From NCBI GenBank assembly GCA_018818205.1, contig JAHISJ010000023.1, positions 95,103 through 159,102 on the forward strand: DNA of 64,000 nt. Direction: 5' to 3'. Below, in pieces: positions 57,218 through 64,000 of the stretch. Position numbers and translations under genes: made by a program. Each line of letters begins with the position of its first letter. The stretch's first letter is position 1. The stretch is from Patescibacteria group bacterium (GTDB lineage: Bacteria; Patescibacteriota; JABMPQ01; JAHIRA01). The notes beneath the pieces were generated by a model. That model was not told where the DNA came from, searched no databases, and was given only the letters and a program-made list of their open reading frames with translations.

Positions 57218-58119
57218 ATGATTCTGATCTAAAAAAGAAGTTTCCCGCTATTAAACACGATGTAAGCTTGCAAGAACAAACAAGCATGCATCTTGGTGGT
57301 TTGGCAAAGTGGTTTATTGACGTATCGGAAAAAGAGAGCATGGAAGGGATTCTACAGTACGTACTTGAGCACTCTATTCCTTTTTTTATCTTAGGTGAGG
57401 GGTATAATACAGTTTTTTCTGACAAAGGATTTGAGGGACTAATAATACATCCAACTTTTTCTGACATTGCGCTTATTAAGGATGACCACATTTATGCTGA
57501 AGCCGGAGCTAGCCTCACTGATATTATTCAATTTGGATTGAGCCATGGACTTTTAGGGATGGAAAAACTCTGCGGAATCCCCAGTAGTCTTGGTGGAGCA
57601 ATCTTTGGAAATGCAGGAGCGTATGGCGTAGATATTCGTTCATTACTTGTGTCTGTAGAGGTTCTTTATGTTGATCATGATAAAGAAAGTGTTCAAAAGG
57701 AAACAATGCCAATCGATGAGTTAGATTTTGGTTATCGCTCTTCCAAGATGAAAAAACAGAGAAACTACGTCATCCTTGCAGCCGAGTTGCATCTTCGTCA
57801 AGGAGATACAGATGCTGCACGTCAGACGGTGAAGGATATTTTAACAAAACGTGCGCTAAAGCATCCGCTTGATAAACCAAGTGCAGGATGTGTCTTTAAA
57901 AATCCAAAGGGCGAGAGTGCGGGCATGCTTATTGAAAAGGCAGGGCTAAAAGGTCTAAAAATCGGCGGTGTGCAGGTATCAGAAAAACATGCAAACTTTA
58001 TTGTAAACGTGGGGGATGGTACTTTTGAAGACTATATTACACTAGTTGATCAAATCAAAAAAACAGTGAAAGAAAAATTTGGAGTTAATCTTGAAGAAGA
58101 AAATATCATTGTATCGTAG
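57214..58119 (+). CDS. murB: UDP-N-acetylenolpyruvoylglucosamine reductase
   Basis: GIP..LGGA..GNAGAYG, FGYRSS, SAGCVFKNP, KHANF. Confidence 0.96.
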   Translation: MNDSDLKKKFPAIKHDVSLQEQTSMHLGGLAKWFIDVSEKESMEGILQYVLEHSIPFFILGEGYNTVFSDKGFEGLIIHPTFSDIALIKDDHIYAEAGASLTDIIQFGLSHGLLGMEKLCGIPSSLGGAIFGNAGAYGVDIRSLLVSVEVLYVDHDKESVQKETMPIDELDFGYRSSKMKKQRNYVILAAELHLRQGDTDAARQTVKDILTKRALKHPLDKPSAGCVFKNPKGESAGMLIEKAGLKGLKIGGVQVSEKHANFIVNVGDGTFEDYITLVDQIKKTVKEKFGVNLEEENIIVS

Positions 58120-58186
58120 TTACTGTTCTTGCATTCCATGCAGTATTTACGTATAGTTAAAGCATCTAAAAAATATATACACACCT

Positions 58187-58498
58187 ATGGAAATAACATT
58201 TTACTCAAAGACAAACACCTTATCTGATGAAATTAAAGATTATGCATCAAATAAGATACACCATCTTGAAAAATACTTACATCATGCTATGATGGGTGCG
58301 CGCATTGAGCTTGAAGAAAAAACGGCAGAGCATTCAGGTGAAAAGTATAGAGCTGAGGCGACAATAGATCTAGCAAAAGGGCTTTTGAGGGCGGAGGCAA
58401 ACGGAAGAACGTTTCAGGAAGCAATTGATCTCATTATTCCTAAGCTCAAAAGTCAAATTGAGCGTTACAAGACAAAGAAGCGAGGAATTAGAGAATAA
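58187..58498 (+). CDS. hpf: Ribosome hibernation factor (HPF/RaiA, short form)
   Basis: KI..LEKY, LRAEA, EAIDL...KLK.Q..RYK; typical position before secA. Confidence 0.88.
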   Translation: MEITFYSKTNTLSDEIKDYASNKIHHLEKYLHHAMMGARIELEEKTAEHSGEKYRAEATIDLAKGLLRAEANGRTFQEAIDLIIPKLKSQIERYKTKKRGIRE

Positions 58499-58509
58499 GA
58501 AAACAACGC

Positions 58510-61149
58510 ATGTCATTTTTTCATAAGATTTTTGGTGATCCAAATAAAAAAACGCTTGGTAAGCTTACGGAAGCGGTAGGTGAAATTAACGCGCTTGAAC
58601 CTCAGGTACAAAACCTATCTGATGATGAAATAAAGCAAAAAATCCGTGCGATTCGGGACAGTATTTGTGGTGGCAAATCAACAGATGCACATTTAGTTGA
58701 AGTGTTTGCATTAGTTCGAGAGTCATCAAAGCGTGTTCTTAATATGCGTCATTTTGATGTACAGCTTATTGGTGGCATTGTCTTACATCAAGGGAAAATA
58801 GCTGAAATGAAGACCGGAGAAGGTAAAACACTTGTTGCAACCTTGCCGGTAGTACTTAACGCTCTTGAGGGAAAAGGAGTACATGTAGTTACTGTGAACG
58901 AATATCTAGCCAAGCGTGATGCTGAGTGGATGGGCAAGCTGTACGATTTTCTAGGACTTAGTGTTGGGGTGACGTTGCACGGACAAAGTCCAGAGGAGAA
59001 AAAGCAGGCATATGATACAGACGTGACGTACGGAACAAACAATGAGTTTGGCTTTGACTACCTGCGAGACAATATGGTGCAAGACAATGAGGAAAAGGTC
59101 CAAAAAGAATTACACTTTGCCATTGTTGATGAGGTTGACTCGATTCTTATTGATGAAGCAAGAACGCCACTTATTATCTCAGCGCCAGCTAGTGAGTCTA
59201 CAGATGATTATGCTAGGTTTTCTCAGCTCGTTTCACGTCTTAAAGAAGGGGAGGATTACAACTTGGACGAGAAAATGAAGGCAGCGACGTTAAGCGAAGA
59301 AGGTGTCGCTAAGATGGAGCAAATGCTCGGTCTTTCCAATATATATGAAGAAAAGGGCATAAGAACAGTACATCATATTGAGCAAGCACTGAGAGCGTTA
59401 ACTCTTTTTAAGCTAGATAGAGACTATGTTGTTAAAGAAGGTGAAGTTATCATTGTCGATGAGTTTACTGGACGATTGATGCCGGGAAGACGTTATTCAG
59501 AAGGTCTGCACCAGGCTATTGAGGCTAAAGAAGGGGTTTCTGTTCAACGCGAGTCTATGACGCTTGCCACGGTTACCTTTCAAAATTACTTTAGAATGTT
59601 TAAAAAACTTTCAGGAATGACCGGTACGGCCGCTACTGAGGCAGAGGAGTTTAATAAAATTTATGCACTTGATGTCGTCGTTGTTCCAACTAATAAGCCA
59701 ATACAGCGTGATGACCAAAATGATCTCATATACCAAAGTGAACTGGGAAAATATAATGCGATTGTAGAAAGAGTGCGAGAATTGAAAAAAAAGGGACAGC
59801 CGGTATTGATCGGAACGGTATCAATAGAAAAAAATGAAAAACTATCTGGTCTACTAACAGAGGCTGGAATTGAACACAATGTCTTAAACGCAAAAAAGCA
59901 TGAAAGAGAAGCCGAAATAATTGCACAAGCCGGAAAGATAGGAGGAGTGACAGTTGCAACAAACATGGCTGGACGTGGTGTTGACATTGTGCTTGGTGGT
60001 AACCCAACTGATTCTACGGAAGCAGAGACGGTTAAACAAAATGGTGGTCTTTTTGTTCTTGGTACTGAGCGTCACGAAGCACGCCGAATCGACAACCAGC
60101 TTCGTGGTAGATCCGGTCGTCAGGGTGATCCTGGTGCTTCTCAATTTTATGTATCTACCGATGATGATCTCATGCGCCTTTTTGGCTCAGAGCGTATGAA
60201 ATCGATGATGGGGACGCTCAATATCCCTGAAGATATGCCTATAGAGCACAAGCTTATCTCAAGATCGATTGAGTCGGCTCAAAAAAAGGTGGAAGGTCAT
60301 AATTTTGATATTAGAAAGCATCTTGTTGAGTATGACGATGTTATGAATAAACATCGTGAAGTAATCTATTCAAGACGGGATGCAGTTTTACGTTCTTGGG
60401 AATGGGAAAAAGCGATTATTGAAGCGGGTGGCAACGTTTCTGATGAGCAAAAACGAACTAAACCCAAAGATACGCTCCGCGAGTTAGTCCTTGGTATGGT
60501 GGACGGAGAAATTGAAAATATTATTGTAGAGCACTCATCAAAAGAAGATGGGAAGGAGTGGGATTTTGAAGAAATTAGTGAAGTCATGGCAACAATTTGT
60601 CCTGTTCCATCTGATCTACATATTTCCCTTCTAAATATCTACAAGGGAAAAGACAAAAATGGAAATGGTGTAAAGACGCGTACTCGGTGTATAGAGTATT
60701 TAAGTGCAATTGCGCATGAACAATACAAAGCAAAGGAAGATACTATTGGCACCGAGATAATGCGACATATCGAAAAAACGGTCATGCTACAGACAATAGA
60801 TAAGTTGTGGGTAGATCATTTAGAAGATATGGTTGCGCTAAGAGAGGGAATTGGTCTCAGAGGCTACGGGCAACGTGATCCGTTGGTTGAGTATAAAAAG
60901 GAGAGCTTCAAAGCGTTCCAACAGTTACTGACGAGTCTTCAACATCGTATCGTACATACCATATACAAGGTTGGTGTTGTCAAGAAGGATGACACACCCA
61001 TGAAAAAAGAGAACATGCAGTTTTCTGGTGCAAAGAAGGGTGAAACAAGTCAGGAACCAATAAAAAAGGGTGACAAGGTAGGGAGAAATGACCCATGCCC
61101 CTGTGGCAGTGGTAAGAAATATAAAAAGTGTTGCGGTAAGTCGGAGTAA
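58510..61149 (+). CDS. secA: Preprotein translocase ATPase SecA
   Basis: MKTGEGKT, VDEVDSILIDEARTPLIIS, QLRGRSGRQGDPG, C-terminal CPCGSGKKYKKCCG. Confidence 0.99.
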   Translation: MSFFHKIFGDPNKKTLGKLTEAVGEINALEPQVQNLSDDEIKQKIRAIRDSICGGKSTDAHLVEVFALVRESSKRVLNMRHFDVQLIGGIVLHQGKIAEMKTGEGKTLVATLPVVLNALEGKGVHVVTVNEYLAKRDAEWMGKLYDFLGLSVGVTLHGQSPEEKKQAYDTDVTYGTNNEFGFDYLRDNMVQDNEEKVQKELHFAIVDEVDSILIDEARTPLIISAPASESTDDYARFSQLVSRLKEGEDYNLDEKMKAATLSEEGVAKMEQMLGLSNIYEEKGIRTVHHIEQALRALTLFKLDRDYVVKEGEVIIVDEFTGRLMPGRRYSEGLHQAIEAKEGVSVQRESMTLATVTFQNYFRMFKKLSGMTGTAATEAEEFNKIYALDVVVVPTNKPIQRDDQNDLIYQSELGKYNAIVERVRELKKKGQPVLIGTVSIEKNEKLSGLLTEAGIEHNVLNAKKHEREAEIIAQAGKIGGVTVATNMAGRGVDIVLGGNPTDSTEAETVKQNGGLFVLGTERHEARRIDNQLRGRSGRQGDPGASQFYVSTDDDLMRLFGSERMKSMMGTLNIPEDMPIEHKLISRSIESAQKKVEGHNFDIRKHLVEYDDVMNKHREVIYSRRDAVLRSWEWEKAIIEAGGNVSDEQKRTKPKDTLRELVLGMVDGEIENIIVEHSSKEDGKEWDFEEISEVMATICPVPSDLHISLLNIYKGKDKNGNGVKTRTRCIEYLSAIAHEQYKAKEDTIGTEIMRHIEKTVMLQTIDKLWVDHLEDMVALREGIGLRGYGQRDPLVEYKKESFKAFQQLLTSLQHRIVHTIYKVGVVKKDDTPMKKENMQFSGAKKGETSQEPIKKGDKVGRNDPCPCGSGKKYKKCCGKSE

Positions 61150-61207
61150 AGACGCTTGACGCAACACAAAAAATACGTTATTCTACAAAAAAAGGAACCA
61201 TACATTT

Positions 61208-62629
61208 ATGAAGAATATATTTCTCAAAAGTATTTTAGTGTTTTCGTTTCTTGGAGTTTTTTTGTATGCAGGTAATGCGCAAGCTGTCGATTACATGGCT
61301 CCAGAAGCTAAGATCTATAATGCACGTAATAAGCATTTAGATAAGACGTTTTATCCTTTTGATAGAACGTTTAAAGGTGGTGGAAAAATTGCCGTAGGCG
61401 ACACTAACGGAAACAAGAAGGATGAGATTCTTGTTGGTGCCGGACATGGCGGCGGTCCACAAGTACGAACCTTTGATAGCAATGGATCTTTCACTGGTTT
61501 TAGCTTCTTTCCATTCCATCCAAATTTTAGAGGAGGTGTTGATGTGGCAATGGGTGATACCGACGGTGACAAAGTAGATGAGATGATTGTTAGTCAGTTT
61601 ACTGACGGACAGGCATGGGTAAAAGTGTATGAGTTTGATAAGAATAAAACAGTAAAAGCAGAGTTTGTTGCATACGACCGGAATTTTAAGGGAGGTGCAC
61701 ATGTGGCGGCGTGTGATATAAACGGAAATGGAAAAGCAGAAATTATCACCGGTTCGGGAATGGGTTCAACGTCACATGTCCGTGCGTTTGATGGCAGTGG
61801 TAAGTATGTTGGTTTTGATATCTTTCCTTTTGAAAAGAGTTTTAAAGGTGGAGTTGACGTAGCGTGTGCTAATGTAGATAAGGGGAAAGAAAGTGAAGTG
61901 GTGGTGTCAAGATCAACCTTTGGGCAAGCACAAGTTAAAGTGTATAAAACAGATAAAAGCAAAAGAGTTGTTGGTGACTTTATTGCTTTTGATCACGGTC
62001 ATAAAGAAGGGGCAAACATTACCGGTGGTGATTTAGATGAGGATGGTGAAGATGAAATTATTGTTGGAACAAATGGAAACGGTCCACAAGTAGGTGTTTT
62101 TGAAGCGCATGGAAAGAAAATAGGATATCAGCTTTCTCCTTATAAGGATGACTTTAGAGGCGGTGTTAATGTTGCATATGGCAATGTAGATAAATCGAGC
62201 AACGGTGAAGTCATTACTATGCCGGGAAGGAGAATTTGGGAAGGAAGAAAAGGTGTCTATAAATATATTGAGATAGATATTTCAAAGCAACGTCTCTATG
62301 CGTATAAAGGCGGTAGAAAAGTCAGGGAAATACCTATTTCCAGTGGAATTGCACGGTATTCAACACCTATCGGTGATTTTGCAGTACGATCAAAACTGAG
62401 ATCAACAAGAATGAAGCACGAGTACGGACCAAATCATCCAGATAACTACGACATACCAAATGTGCCACATACTATGTATTTTACTGGACCATATGCACTG
62501 CATGGGGCATTTTGGCATAACAACTTTGGACATCCTATGAGTCATGGCTGTGTGAACCTTCCTTTGCATGAAGCTGCGTGGCTCTTTAATTGGGCAGACG
62601 TTGGAGATAAAGTTTTTGTAAGACAGTAA
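61208..62629 (+). CDS. L,D-transpeptidase (YkuD) with N-terminal FG-GAP-like repeats
   Basis: Signal peptide; about six ~50-aa repeats F.GG..VA.GD..G....EII; HGAFWH..FG.PMSHGCVNL. Confidence 0.9.
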   Translation: MKNIFLKSILVFSFLGVFLYAGNAQAVDYMAPEAKIYNARNKHLDKTFYPFDRTFKGGGKIAVGDTNGNKKDEILVGAGHGGGPQVRTFDSNGSFTGFSFFPFHPNFRGGVDVAMGDTDGDKVDEMIVSQFTDGQAWVKVYEFDKNKTVKAEFVAYDRNFKGGAHVAACDINGNGKAEIITGSGMGSTSHVRAFDGSGKYVGFDIFPFEKSFKGGVDVACANVDKGKESEVVVSRSTFGQAQVKVYKTDKSKRVVGDFIAFDHGHKEGANITGGDLDEDGEDEIIVGTNGNGPQVGVFEAHGKKIGYQLSPYKDDFRGGVNVAYGNVDKSSNGEVITMPGRRIWEGRKGVYKYIEIDISKQRLYAYKGGRKVREIPISSGIARYSTPIGDFAVRSKLRSTRMKHEYGPNHPDNYDIPNVPHTMYFTGPYALHGAFWHNNFGHPMSHGCVNLPLHEAAWLFNWADVGDKVFVRQ

Positions 62630-62637
62630 AGTAGAAA

Positions 62638-64000
62638 ATGACAATACGAAAAAAGATTTGGCTGACATTTTTTGCGCTTGTTGTATTGGTGGTTGTCGTA
62701 GGATACGTTGACTACCCCAAAAGCCCCGATATTAATATCAAATGGGGCGATTTTGAGTTGCAAAAAGAACTTAAAGTACGTTTAGGACTTGATCTCCAGG
62801 GAGGCGCGCATTTAGTATATGAGGCAGACCTTGAAAATATTCCTCCAGAAGAATACGACAGTGCAATGGCAGGAGTACGTGATGTTATTGAAAGACGGGT
62901 AAACTCCTTAGGGTTAAGTGAACCCATTGTACAAACTAATAAGGTAAGTGGTCATTACAGAGTTATTGTTGAGCTTGCCGGTGTTACCGACGTCAATGAA
63001 GCGATTAATCTTATTGGACAAACCCCCTCGCTTGATTTTAGAGAAATAGATGATGCCGCAGCTGAAGCAGGTATGATGCCAGTAGGCGATGTTCCTGCAG
63101 AACAAACGGGAGAAGAGTCGGAAAAGCCAAATGAAGAGGTTTCTGGAGAGGTCCCAAATGAGACATCAGTGGAAGGCACAGAAGATAAAAAGAAGCTTGT
63201 CCTTGCCGCTGCAACTGAAGAGCCTACACCAGAATTAATCTCAGAGGAACCTGCAAATACTGAGTCTCCAGAGGGTGAAAGTACAGAGTTAAACCTTGAT
63301 GACATTGATCTTGAAGCACTAAAGAGTCAACTTCCAGAAGGCCAGGAGCTTGACATTGAGGCGTTAAAGCAACAGCTCGAGATGCAGAACTCTCAGGCTC
63401 AGGCGTATGACGATTCATTTAAACTAACAGCGCTTTCCGGACAGCATCTAAAAAAAGCAGAGCTACAGTTTGATCCACAAACCAATCAACCCGTCGTTGC
63501 GTTGACATTCAATAATGATGGTAAGAAGCTTTTTGCCGAAGTTACTGATAGAAATGTTGGGAAGCCGGTTGGCATTTTTCTTGATGGACAAGTTATTAGC
63601 GCGCCTCGTGTTAATGAAAAAATTAGTGATGGAGTCGCTATTATTTCCGGAAGCTTTACTGTAGAGGAAGCAAAGCTTTTAGCTCAGAGATTAAATGCCG
63701 GTGCTCTTCCGGTACCTATTTCACTTGTTTCTCAAACAACTATTGGGCCAACACTTGGTAAAATTTCTATTGAACGAAGTTTTATTGCAGGTGTTATCGG
63801 ACTAGTATTGGTTGCATTCTTTATGATCGTATATTACAGACTTCCCGGTGTTTTAGCAGTTATTTCTCTTGCTATATATACAATGATTGTTCTTGCGCTC
63901 TTTAAGCTCATTCCAATTACACTTACGCTTGCAGGCATTGCAGGATTTATACTCTCCATTGGTATGGCAGTTGATGCAAATGTACTCATTTTTGAGAGAA
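62638..64000 (+). CDS. secD: Protein translocase subunit SecD (runs off the window end; absent from the ORF track)
   Basis: Manual translation: LGLDLQGGAHLVY, RVNSLGLSEP, LNAGALPVP, TLTLAGIAGFILSIGMAVDANVLIFER. Confidence 0.97.
   Translation, partial: MTIRKKIWLTFFALVVLVVVVGYVDYPKSPDINIKWGDFELQKELKVRLGLDLQGGAHLVYEADLENIPPEEYDSAMAGVRDVIERRVNSLGLSEPIVQTNKVSGHYRVIVELAGVTDVNEAINLIGQTPSLDFREIDDAAAEAGMMPVGDVPAEQTGEESEKPNEEVSGEVPNETSVEGTEDKKKLVLAAATEEPTPELISEEPANTESPEGESTELNLDDIDLEALKSQLPEGQELDIEALKQQLEMQNSQAQAYDDSFKLTALSGQHLKKAELQFDPQTNQPVVALTFNNDGKKLFAEVTDRNVGKPVGIFLDGQVISAPRVNEKISDGVAIISGSFTVEEAKLLAQRLNAGALPVPISLVSQTTIGPTLGKISIERSFIAGVIGLVLVAFFMIVYYRLPGVLAVISLAIYTMIVLALFKLIPITLTLAGIAGFILSIGMAVDANVLIFER

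Noticed and set aside
1-64000. Alternative genetic code (TGA=Gly, as in Gracilibacteria/Absconditabacteria)
   Set aside because: Conserved genes are full length under code 11, and several end at TGA in ATGA/GTGA overlaps.

Overview
This is a gene-dense, AT-rich bacterial chromosome segment using the standard code with TGA read as stop. The gene content points to Patescibacteria/CPR (Parcubacteria/ABY1-like); this is an inference from DUF4012, a membrane-anchored MurF, two MurJ paralogs, a baeRF10-type release factor, a QEACEEA C39-like peptidase and starts lacking Shine-Dalgarno (SD) sequences. The backbone is housekeeping: serS, a murF/DegT/FemAB/ftsQ envelope cluster, lepA, prsA, rarA, a GldAFG-like ABC system, a dcw-type cluster (dacA, mraY, murI, pgeF, murD, ftsW, murG, murC, murB), hpf, secA, an L,D-transpeptidase and secD. 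Two accessory zones (~17.9-28.8 kb around tRNA-Thr(CGT), and ~36.3-41.6 kb) hold stand-alone orphan genes. The main observation is that ten orphan ORFs carry strong (A)GGAG(G) SD sequences, several displayed in hairpin loops that match CsrA/RsmA sites, and most have their own sigma70 promoter and terminator, while the recognisable housekeeping genes have no full SD. These SD-led genes encode two outer-membrane-beta-barrel-like paralogs (odd in a monoderm lineage), two beta-propeller paralogs with near-identical flanks but hypervariable cores, a protein with four anti-sigma zinc fingers, and Cys-rich exported proteins. A 33-aa PPR-like repeat protein without an SD lies in the same zone. Together they are a candidate host-directed gene set. 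No CRISPR array, integrase, transposase, reverse transcriptase or rRNA was seen. All calls come from motif recognition by eye; no database searches were run.
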